A stretch of DNA of 64,000 nt, from positions 4,577-68,576 of IMG/VR virus record IMGVR_UViG_3300005674_000016; one strand, written 5' to 3'. The notes under the pieces were generated by a model that was not told the DNA's origin, ran no database searches, and saw only the letters and a list, made by a program, of their open reading frames with translations. This DNA is from a virus. How positions within the stretch are numbered: position 1 is the stretch's first letter; the number at the start of each line of letters is the position of its first letter. The translations under genes were made by a program, and so were the position numbers. Below, one piece after another: positions 33,974 through 41,229 of this stretch.

Positions 33974-34572
33974 CCGATCCCCACCCTTTGCTTCCAGCCG
34001 CGCTGGGCTGGCAGCCAGCCGCCACCGCGCCCGAGACTACGGAATGGGTGCAGCTGGGCTATCCGCCGGATCGCAGCAGAGAGCCCACCATCATCGTCGC
34101 GCACTTCGCCCAGGACATGTCCGGCGAGGAACAGCCGCCCTTCAGGGGGTGGTTCCGGGCCAACCTGGGCTACGGTGGGCGGGTCTATGGCTTCTCCGGG
34201 CTGCCGGCGGGCTGGGTGGCCTGGCGCCCGCTCTGGCCGATCGACCGCGTCACCGCGGAGGCCGCGCACCAGGCGCGCGTGGTCGACCTTCTGGAAGCGA
34301 ACGACCGCGGCGTGCTGCAGCGTCGCAAATTGGCGGATCTTCTCGCCCAAGCCGTGGCGCATGTGTTCGACGAAGCCGAGCGCGGGCGGTTGGAGCACGA
34401 GGCGCGGATGGTGATGACCAGCGCTCCTCTCTGCACGCATGCCGACGCCATGCTTGATGCGGTTGCCGCGTACGAGGCGCATGCCAGCGGCTATCCGGTC
34501 GACAAAGCGTCTCTGCATTCCGCGATCATCGCTTTCATGGTCGCCAAGACCGTAGGGCGTCGCCATGAGTAA
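33970..34572 (+). CDS. Hypothetical protein (DUF551-like N-terminus)
   Basis: WQP..TAP...W.PL pattern. Confidence 0.65.
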   Translation: MTDPHPLLPAALGWQPAATAPETTEWVQLGYPPDRSREPTIIVAHFAQDMSGEEQPPFRGWFRANLGYGGRVYGFSGLPAGWVAWRPLWPIDRVTAEAAHQARVVDLLEANDRGVLQRRKLADLLAQAVAHVFDEAERGRLEHEARMVMTSAPLCTHADAMLDAVAAYEAHASGYPVDKASLHSAIIAFMVAKTVGRRHE

Positions 34573-34699
34573 GCGCGGTCTGTGCCTGGCGCTGCCCTGG
34601 TGGCGCCGCTGGCTGGCCCGCTGGCTATGTCCTGAGCCATGCCGTCCTGGCTACCATTCCTGGGTTTGCGATCGCTGCGGGAGGACGTTCGATGACTGA
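34565..34699 (+). CDS. Small Cys/Trp-rich peptide (44 aa)
   Basis: MSKRGLCLALPWWRRWLARWLC...H.WVCDRCG; overlaps both neighbours. Confidence 0.45.
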   Translation: MSKRGLCLALPWWRRWLARWLCPEPCRPGYHSWVCDRCGRTFDD

Positions 34700-35009
34700 C
34701 GCCACATGTCCGCAGTGCGACGGCACAGGCACCCTGGCCGGTTTCGTCGACGGCTTTCGGCAGGGCCGACGCTATGGCGAATTCCGGCGGGACATTGTCT
34801 GCTTCACCTGCAACGGCTTGGGCAAGATCCCGCAGCACCAGTTCAACTGGATGGAGGAGGGGCGCGTCCACATGCAGCAGCGCAAGGAGCGCGGCGAGTC
34901 CATCTTCGCCGCGGCTGCTCGGCTCAACGTCTCGGTGGCCGACCTGTCGGCCATGGAGCACGGCCGCCAGAACCCCGCCAGGCTGCACAGGGACCAGGAC
35001 GATGGCTGA
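34692..35009 (+). CDS. Zinc ribbon plus XRE HTH protein
   Basis: CPQCDG.G, CFTCNG.G, RKERGES...AA..LNVSVADLSAMEHGR. Confidence 0.75.
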   Translation: MTDATCPQCDGTGTLAGFVDGFRQGRRYGEFRRDIVCFTCNGLGKIPQHQFNWMEEGRVHMQQRKERGESIFAAAARLNVSVADLSAMEHGRQNPARLHRDQDDG

Positions 35010-35445
35010 CCATATTGCTGACGCCGGCAAAATGGTGCCGCAGCGCGTGCAGCTGCGGCGCACCCCTGGCTGGCGGATGCCGCCCAACACCGTGAAGGTC
35101 GACCGCACCACGAAATGGGGCAACCCCTTCGTGCCCGGCAAGCCGGGCGGCGTCTACACCGCCATGGTGATGAATCGCCGGCACGCGTGGCAGCTGTTCC
35201 GCTCCGTCGCGCTCACCACACCGGCCATGCGGGAGGCTGCCCAGGAACTGCGCGGCAAGAACCTGGCGTGCTGGTGCCCGCTGCCCGGGCCGGGCTTCGA
35301 CGACGAGTGCCACGCCGCGGTCTGGCTCGAGCTCGCCAACTCGACGCTGCGCTGTGACGCAGCCATCGCCCCATCATCTTTGCCGGCCTCCGATCTTGAT
35401 GGGACTCCCACACGCCACCACACGAAAGAAACGCCCCATGCCTGA
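35002..35445 (+). CDS. DUF4326 protein
   Basis: RVQLRR..GWRMP...V.VDR.TKWGNPF; LRGKNLACWC; CHA.V.LE.AN. Confidence 0.9.
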   Translation: MADHIADAGKMVPQRVQLRRTPGWRMPPNTVKVDRTTKWGNPFVPGKPGGVYTAMVMNRRHAWQLFRSVALTTPAMREAAQELRGKNLACWCPLPGPGFDDECHAAVWLELANSTLRCDAAIAPSSLPASDLDGTPTRHHTKETPHA

Positions 35446-35635
35446 CATTCCCCCCGCCAGCATGGCGGGATCCACCCGCACCATCGCGCGGCTGTTCCCG
35501 ATCGGCCAGCGCGACGGCGCGCCGATGCTGGTCGCGGTGTGCGACGACGGCTCGATCTGGCAGCTGGACCAGCGCGGTGCATACAGGGAGTGGGAGCAGC
35601 TGCCGGGGATCCCCGGCGTGGGCGGGGCGGCTTAA
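35438..35635 (+). CDS. Small phage protein (AVCDDGSIW...W..LP.IP type)
   Basis: Recognisable small phage motif. Confidence 0.65.
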   Translation: MPDIPPASMAGSTRTIARLFPIGQRDGAPMLVAVCDDGSIWQLDQRGAYREWEQLPGIPGVGGAA

Positions 35636-35851
35636 GTGCCGCGGGTGATGCGCGGCGACTACACGGTGGGCGAAGGCAAGCACGCCAGCCGACCGCGCTC
35701 CGTCGAGCAAGCCTTGGCGCACGCGCAGGCCACGGCGCGTCGCCAAGGGTTCACAACGCGCGTGTTCCGCGCCAGCGACGGCGCTCATATCGCCAGCGTG
35801 CATCCAGACGGCAAAATCGACCTGACATGGGAAGGATCGATAGTCGCCTGA
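35636..35851 (+). CDS. Small hypothetical protein
   Basis: Fills the gap before cassette 5. Confidence 0.45.
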   Translation: MPRVMRGDYTVGEGKHASRPRSVEQALAHAQATARRQGFTTRVFRASDGAHIASVHPDGKIDLTWEGSIVA

Positions 35852-35862
35852 CTGCGTCGTTT

Positions 35863-35920
35863 TCGACTGGATTGCTGCTGGCAGCGAAGCTATAAAACCC
35901 CTGCCACGGCAATTGTGCCG
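35863..35920 (+). promoter_or_regulatory. Promoter-hairpin cassette, copy 5 (variant)
   Basis: TCGACT (35863) with non-canonical spacing; TATAAA (35891-35896); 10 nt; CGGCA-ATTG-TGCCG (35907-35920). TGCCACGGCAATTGTGCCG is identical to copy 2. Confidence 0.7.
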
Positions 35921-35938
35921 AGCAGGAGAGCAGCCCCG

Positions 35939-36403
35939 ATGATCATCCTGACCTATCGCCAGCCGGTACGCCTCGCCGCCTGGGCCGATGACGCCTTCGC
36001 CGAGGTCTTCACCGTGCGCGGCTACGCCACGGTGCACGGCATGAACCCCGAGGACTACGAGACGATGGCACGCGCCAATGGCCATGTCCTGGCCGGCACC
36101 ATCTACAGCGGCGGCGCCCTGGTCAGTGACCGCGCCACCGCCAAGCGCCTCCTGGATGCCCGTCGCGCAGCCGCTGCCGCCGCGGTCACCCTGGCGCCTG
36201 GGCAGGTGGTCGAGATCGACGGTCGCCCCTACGAGGTGCGAGTGCCGCAGGGCAACGACCGCCGCTACCCGGTGAACAGCGACCCGATCCACTTCAAGCC
36301 GGTCTGGAAGCTGGACCTCGAGGGGATCGACGACGCCCTGCGCGACGACGCCGATCGCCGCGCCATGGAGGCGCAGTGCTTCCCGAACAGCAGGGAGGGC
36401 TGA
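35939..36403 (+). CDS. Hypothetical early protein (154 aa)
   Basis: CAGGAG RBS after cassette 5. Confidence 0.75.
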   Translation: MIILTYRQPVRLAAWADDAFAEVFTVRGYATVHGMNPEDYETMARANGHVLAGTIYSGGALVSDRATAKRLLDARRAAAAAAVTLAPGQVVEIDGRPYEVRVPQGNDRRYPVNSDPIHFKPVWKLDLEGIDDALRDDADRRAMEAQCFPNSREG

Positions 36404-36406
36404 GCC

Positions 36407-36643
36407 ATGGCGACGAAACGCGCAATCGCCAACCGGGGCCGCACGGACGGCATCTACTGCCACCGGTGCGGCGAACGCCTGGACGAGGCCAAGACCCGGT
36501 GGCTGGTGCTCTCCTGCGCCGATGGCCGGTTCTATGCCACCGACGCCGAGGCCGACGCCACCGGCTGCAACCAGGGCGGATTCGCCTTCGGCTCTGCGTG
36601 CGCCAAGCGGGAACTGGCCGAGACGAAGAAGGCGGAGGGCTGA
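36407..36643 (+). CDS. Small zinc-binding protein
   Basis: CHRCG...QG.F.FGSACA. Confidence 0.7.
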   Translation: MATKRAIANRGRTDGIYCHRCGERLDEAKTRWLVLSCADGRFYATDAEADATGCNQGGFAFGSACAKRELAETKKAEG

Positions 36644-36646
36644 CCG

Positions 36647-36952
36647 ATGGCCGACGCCCCCTCCCTACCCAGGCTGATCATGCGCACGGTGCCGGCGACT
36701 CCGGTCTGCCCGGAGTACCGCGCCCTCTGCGTCGACACCGGCGCGCGGCCACCGCCGCAGGTCGCCGAGATCGACGGCCGCCGGTGCTACCCGGTCTCCT
36801 GGGAGGCCATCTCGCGCCGGCAGCAGGGCCGCACCTCCTACACCGTGGTCTTCGTGCGCTGGCTCGACGACGGCACCGCCGGCCGGCTCACCAGCACCGA
36901 ATGGGCGCGCAAGGCGAAGACGCCAAAGCCACTGCCGGGAGATCCGACATGA
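36647..36952 (+). CDS. Hypothetical protein (101 aa)
   Basis: GGAGG RBS. Confidence 0.65.
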   Translation: MADAPSLPRLIMRTVPATPVCPEYRALCVDTGARPPPQVAEIDGRRCYPVSWEAISRRQQGRTSYTVVFVRWLDDGTAGRLTSTEWARKAKTPKPLPGDPT

Positions 36953-37200
36953 GCCCCCAGGCATACGCGCAGCCCCAGGCGCAGCCCACCGAGAAGTGCC
37001 GCCCGCCCGCCGACACGCCGGCGGGCGCGATCGCCTACCTCACCAACGGCGCCGTCGATATCCCCTACCGCTGGAGCGGCCGGCGCTGGATCTCGACCTA
37101 CATCCAGGACCGATCGCACACGCCGTCCGAGCTGGCCCGCCGCGGTTGGTGGTTCGACCGGGTGGTTGCCACACCGTCCGCAGAAGGAACGCCGACATGA
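36949..37200 (+). CDS. Hypothetical protein (83 aa)
   Basis: ATGA coupling. Confidence 0.6.
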   Translation: MSPQAYAQPQAQPTEKCRPPADTPAGAIAYLTNGAVDIPYRWSGRRWISTYIQDRSHTPSELARRGWWFDRVVATPSAEGTPT

Positions 37201-37493
37201 ACCCGCGTGATGTGCCAGAGGAATGGGTGATCGCGTTTCGCGCAAAGCTGGAGGAACACGCCGGGCGGCTGGGCGGCCCTGGCAACCTTCACGAAGCGAT
37301 CCGCCACGCCCTCGCCGACGTGCTCTCGTTGGCCGAGCCGGCGATCAGGTCGTGGGAGCGAGAGACCGTCGCCGTCCGGTTCAACATGGTGAAGGCGTTT
37401 ACAACCGAGGCCAGCGACACAGCGTTCCTCACCAAAGCCGCGGCATTCGTCCGCACCGGGGTTTACGTCGCCGCTGAAAGGAGCGCGCCATGA
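37197..37493 (+). CDS. Hypothetical protein (98 aa)
   Basis: ATGA coupling; AAGGA RBS. Confidence 0.6.
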   Translation: MNPRDVPEEWVIAFRAKLEEHAGRLGGPGNLHEAIRHALADVLSLAEPAIRSWERETVAVRFNMVKAFTTEASDTAFLTKAAAFVRTGVYVAAERSAP

Positions 37494-37708
37494 CCATCCA
37501 CGTCGCGCACAGGGGTGACCTGGCGGGCCTCCGGCCGGTGAAGATCGACGGCAAGCTGGTGGGCTGGTGCCGACAGGTGGCGCGCCGCGATACCGCCGGC
37601 ACGCAGGTGCGGTTCTACCTGCCCGGCGACACCGTCGCATACGCCACTTTCGAGACGGTGAAGGATCTCCGCGCTGCGCTGCCGCGCGTCCTGGCGGAAA
37701 ATGCCTGA
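37490..37708 (+). CDS. Hypothetical protein (72 aa)
   Basis: AAGGAG RBS. Confidence 0.65.
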   Translation: MTIHVAHRGDLAGLRPVKIDGKLVGWCRQVARRDTAGTQVRFYLPGDTVAYATFETVKDLRAALPRVLAENA

Positions 37709-37710
37709 CA

Positions 37711-37748
37711 GCGCCCGCCAGGCGCCCGTGTGGCGGCCTGGCAGGCGC
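37711..37748. terminator. Long hairpin between convergent early and late operons
   Basis: GCGCCCGCCAGG-CGCC..GGCG-G-CCTGGCAGGCGC. Confidence 0.65.
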
Positions 37749-37755
37749 GGGGCTA

Positions 37756-38274
37756 TCAGCCCCCGACAGGGTCGCCCGGCGGCGCCACAGGCGCCCTGGG
37801 GCGCGCCACGGGCGCGGGTTCCGGTTCCGGTGCCGGCTCGCTGCGACGGACCGCGTTGCTGATCTCGATCCAGACCTCTTCGCCGGCAGCCAGCGCCGCG
37901 TCGATCTGCTCCAGCAGCCGGTCGTATGCCGGCTGGCTGTCCGTGACGCCCTGCGCGTTGTGGCCGAGCCCCGGCAGGATGCAGCCCTCGGTGTGCTTGT
38001 GCGTATTGCCAGGGTGGATGCGGATGCCCTCGAAGTCCTGCACGCCGACCAGCAGCGGCATGCGGACCGGCCGCCCCGCGATGCGCGTGAAGCGTGGCGA
38101 CACGCTGACGATGATCCGGTAGCGGCCAGCGGGAATGGCAGTCTCGCCCGGCACCTTCACGCCCGGCTCGCGCACCACGTCCTCGCAGGTGTAGCAGTCG
38201 AAACGACCGTCGACGTGCAGCCGTCCGAGGGTCCATCCATTGGCGCTGGCTTCGCGGCGCAACGACAGCAGCAT
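37756..38274 (-). CDS. DUF5675 family protein, candidate endolysin
   Basis: TLG.L..DG.F.CYT.ED, K.PGETAIPAG.Y, GIRIH.GN...TEGCIL.G; located in the lysis cassette. Confidence 0.85.
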   Translation of the reverse strand: MLLSLRREASANGWTLGRLHVDGRFDCYTCEDVVREPGVKVPGETAIPAGRYRIIVSVSPRFTRIAGRPVRMPLLVGVQDFEGIRIHPGNTHKHTEGCILPGLGHNAQGVTDSQPAYDRLLEQIDAALAAGEEVWIEISNAVRRSEPAPEPEPAPVARPRAPVAPPGDPVGG

Positions 38275-38278
38275 TGGT

Positions 38279-38914
38279 TCAGGCTCCTGCGATGGTCAGG
38301 GACAGCCCCGCGCCCAGCGCCATGCCGGAATAGAATTCGGCCAGCGCGGTCGGCATCGGGATCCAGCGGGGATAGGGGGTGTCGACGTGCTTCCAGAAGC
38401 CCATCCACCGGATGTCAGGGCACGCGATCGCTGCGGCCCACCACGCGGGCGCGCGCAGGGCGCCGGCCAGCACCAGCCACCAGGGACTCATGCCCAGCGC
38501 CCACGCGCAGAGCGCCAGGGCGCCGCAGGCGATCACCCCGTTGATGGCCAGCCCGATCGTGTCGATGACGTTCCTCGCCTCCATCACCGACTCGTTCTGG
38601 CCGTCTGGTTTCTTGAACCGGATGAAGGGGGGATGCCACAGGTAGCGGGGGAAGCCCCACGTGGTGCCGACGAAGGTTGCCACCGCGGCCGCAGGCACCA
38701 CCCACCACGCCAGCTGCGGCGCCAGGCTCGCGCCCCACGCCAGCGCCGCCACGGATCCGGCCGCGATCGCCGACTGCACCGCGCGCGCCACCCCGGTGCC
38801 GATATCGACGCCGAGCCACTGGCTGAGCAGGCCGCCGGCGAAGCGCCGTCCGAATCCGTTCGCCAGCCCGACCGCCACCACGACAGCCGGGATCAGCATG
38901 TCAGCTGCGGTCAT
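38279..38914 (-). CDS. Multi-pass membrane protein in the lysis cassette
   Basis: About five hydrophobic segments. Confidence 0.65.
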   Translation of the reverse strand: MTAADMLIPAVVVAVGLANGFGRRFAGGLLSQWLGVDIGTGVARAVQSAIAAGSVAALAWGASLAPQLAWWVVPAAAVATFVGTTWGFPRYLWHPPFIRFKKPDGQNESVMEARNVIDTIGLAINGVIACGALALCAWALGMSPWWLVLAGALRAPAWWAAAIACPDIRWMGFWKHVDTPYPRWIPMPTALAEFYSGMALGAGLSLTIAGA

Positions 38915-39146
38915 GGGCTGCGTTCCTCGCGTTCCTGTCGTCGACCACCGCGCCGCCGATGTATGCGCCGAGCATCGAGCCGGCCAGCGCGATCAGCGCC
39001 ATGACCACCTGCACCGCCATGGCGTTGTCGCCGTGGCGCTCGACCATCCACACGACGCCAGCCGCGCAGCTGACCAGCGTGGCGTCGATGCGTCGCCGGC
39101 GACGCGTCCATGTGCCGGGCGGACTCGGTCCAGGATCATTTGCCAT
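38901..39146 (-). CDS. Putative holin (2 TM)
   Basis: WTRRRRR followed by two TM segments and GAYIGGAV.DD. Confidence 0.65.
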   Translation of the reverse strand: MANDPGPSPPGTWTRRRRRIDATLVSCAAGVVWMVERHGDNAMAVQVVMALIALAGSMLGAYIGGAVVDDRNARNAAHDRS

Positions 39147-39375
39147 CGAAAAGCTCCTTCACATGGCGCAGGCGGTTGCGGCAGTCCTCGCCGGCCGCCG
39201 CCATGTCCACCACCCACAGGGCCAGCGACTGGTCATCAGCGGTCGGTGGAGGAGGCGGGGGCGCGGCCTGGCACGCCAGGAGCAGCGCCGGCACCACCTG
39301 GCGCACCATGACCGCCTGGGGATCCCCGCAAGCCGTCGAGAGCAGCAGCCATGGCAGGGGAAGCCACGCAGGCAT
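39136..39375 (-). CDS. o-spanin (Rz1-like lipoprotein)
   Basis: Lipobox LSTA-C, Pro-rich linker, C...DC motif; overlaps the i-spanin 3' end. Confidence 0.8.
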   Translation of the reverse strand: MPAWLPLPWLLLSTACGDPQAVMVRQVVPALLLACQAAPPPPPPTADDQSLALWVVDMAAAGEDCRNRLRHVKELFDGK

Positions 39376-39643
39376 TCGTGACCGGGACACGGATGATCCT
39401 CTCGCGGATGGTGGCGGCAGCCGCCAGCTGCTGCCGGTGCTCTTCTTCGACCTCGGCCAGGCGCGCCATGGCGAGGCGCTGGTCCTCAATGCGCTGGGCC
39501 GCAACCTGCGCGTCGAGCTTGGCCTGGTATTCGGCGCGGATGGCGGGGTCGTGCAGCAGCACCAGCCACGCCCAGAACGCCGCGCCCGCCACCGCCAGCA
39601 CGCCGGCGCCCAGGGCGGGCGACAGCAGGGCGGGCGGGATCAC
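39236..39643 (-). CDS. i-spanin (Rz-like)
   Basis: N-terminal TM, coiled coil, late Cys; overlaps the o-spanin. Confidence 0.8.
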   Translation of the reverse strand: MIPPALLSPALGAGVLAVAGAAFWAWLVLLHDPAIRAEYQAKLDAQVAAQRIEDQRLAMARLAEVEEEHRQQLAAAATIRERIIRVPVTNACVASPAMAAALDGLRGSPGGHGAPGGAGAAPGVPGRAPASSTDR

Positions 39644-39697
39644 CGGGGCGACTGCCGCGGCGGCGCGCCAGCCCCGCCCAGCGCCGCCCTGGGCGCG

Positions 39698-40057
39698 TTA
39701 CCGGGGGCGCTGCAGCGCAAGGTCCACCTGCTTCTCGATCCGGTCGATCGCGCGAAGGATGGCGGTGACGTTCGTCTTGACCGTCGCCAGGTCGGTCTGC
39801 AGCTGGGTTTCGGTGCGCTGGTATTCCTTCGCCGCCTCCTTGATGCCGCGCACGTCCTCGCGCACCAGCACGATGTCGCGCTTGGCCAGCAGCAGCTCCT
39901 CGTTCACGCGGCCGGCCCACAGCAGGTGCGCAGGAATGCCCGTCAGCACCAGTGCCAGCAGGATCGGCACGCCGACGCGACTGGCCGCCGCCCAGAGCGC
40001 GCTCTTGGCGATATCCGTCGCTCGGTCGAGAACAACCTTGGGCATGCGCAACGTCAT
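39698..40057 (-). CDS. TM plus coiled-coil protein (holin/antiholin candidate)
   Basis: VGVPILLALVLTGIPAHLLW followed by heptads; GGGGAG RBS; first gene of the lysis cassette. Confidence 0.65.
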   Translation of the reverse strand: MTLRMPKVVLDRATDIAKSALWAAASRVGVPILLALVLTGIPAHLLWAGRVNEELLLAKRDIVLVREDVRGIKEAAKEYQRTETQLQTDLATVKTNVTAILRAIDRIEKQVDLALQRPR

Positions 40058-40118
40058 ATCACCGTGCTCCCCTGGGGCCAACCATATGCAGACAGCCGCG
40101 TGCGATTTGCATGGCGGG

Positions 40119-41228
40119 CTAGATCGTGACGATCCAGGTGTACTGGAACGGCAGCTGCAGCGCGCCGCCATCGACGGCTGCCTTGAAGATCGGCGCGAAT
40201 TCGAGCGGCACGTATGCCTCGTAGACCGTCTCGATCGCGTTGAATGGCTGCTCGTTGAAGCCGTGCAGGTTGAAGACGGCGCCCCCCGTCACCGTGCGCA
40301 GCCCCGAGAGGATGCGGATGTCGACCTGGCGGTCGGTTCCGAACCCGATGGAGATCTGGTAGGTTTCATCGATGCCGGGATCGGTGCCGTTCTCGCCCAC
40401 CAGGAAGCGCATGATGCGGCGCTTCAGCCAGCGCACCGAGAACTGCCGCCCGTCGCCCTTGTAGAAATTCCAGGTCAGGATCCGCTTCAGGACGTCGTCC
40501 GTGGTGGCGTAGAATTCGGTCGGCTGCACGGTCCCGATGGCATTGAACGGCAGCGAGTTGAATTGGAGGGTGTTGTAGGGCCCCAGGTTCTTGTTGACGC
40601 CGCTCGGCAGGGTCGGCCGCGGCTGGCCGTAGAGCCCAAGCGCCACCCAATCCAGCAGCGCGCCGACGATCAGGTCGCCGGTGTAGACCGGCAGGTTGAT
40701 CGCCCGGAACCAGTCCATCAGCTCGAGGCTGAGCGCATTGTATGCCTCGACGAATGCCTGCAGATCGTCGTCGTCGTTGTACTGGATGTAGAGGTAGCTC
40801 GGGATCGTGCCCGGCCGGTATGCCGGCCGCGTCCATGCCAGGTCGTAGAGGATCGGTGGCGCGCGCATGTAGCCGGTGCGCACGCCGACCTGAATGCCGG
40901 TCAGAGGCACCTCGGTGAGGTTGACGTTCGGGGTCAGCGTGCCAAGTCCGACGCCGACCTGGATTCCGGTCAGCTGCAGCGTCACGCTGGCCACTGGGGT
41001 CAGCACGCCCAGGCTCACCCCGACCGCGTTGCCAGTCAGGGCTGCGGTCACGTCCACGACTGGCGTCATCGTGCCCAGCTGCACGCCGACGTTGATGCCA
41101 GTCAGTTCTGGCGGGGGCGATGCCGCCAGCACCGTCCAGTTGCCCCCGTTGAGGAGGGGATAGGACGCGGTGCCAGCCGACTGCGCGCCGGCTGTGCCCC
41201 CGTTCAGAAGGGGGTATTGCTCGGCCAT
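40119..41228 (-). CDS. Baseplate wedge protein (DUF2612-like) with an N-terminal repeat extension
   Basis: IPSYLY.QY.DDDDLQAFV, G.LLDWV..G.YG..RP, TDD..KRILTWNFYKGDG. Confidence 0.8.
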   Translation of the reverse strand: MAEQYPLLNGGTAGAQSAGTASYPLLNGGNWTVLAASPPPELTGINVGVQLGTMTPVVDVTAALTGNAVGVSLGVLTPVASVTLQLTGIQVGVGLGTLTPNVNLTEVPLTGIQVGVRTGYMRAPPILYDLAWTRPAYRPGTIPSYLYIQYNDDDDLQAFVEAYNALSLELMDWFRAINLPVYTGDLIVGALLDWVALGLYGQPRPTLPSGVNKNLGPYNTLQFNSLPFNAIGTVQPTEFYATTDDVLKRILTWNFYKGDGRQFSVRWLKRRIMRFLVGENGTDPGIDETYQISIGFGTDRQVDIRILSGLRTVTGGAVFNLHGFNEQPFNAIETVYEAYVPLEFAPIFKAAVDGGALQLPFQYTWIVTI

Positions 41229-41229
41229 C

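Noticed and set aside
35025-35040. CGGCA-AAATGG-TGCCG, a near copy of the cassette hairpin
   Set aside because: It has a 6-nt loop, lies in or at the start of the DUF4326 coding region and has no promoter. Coding-region near matches such as the one near 54911 are expected by chance.
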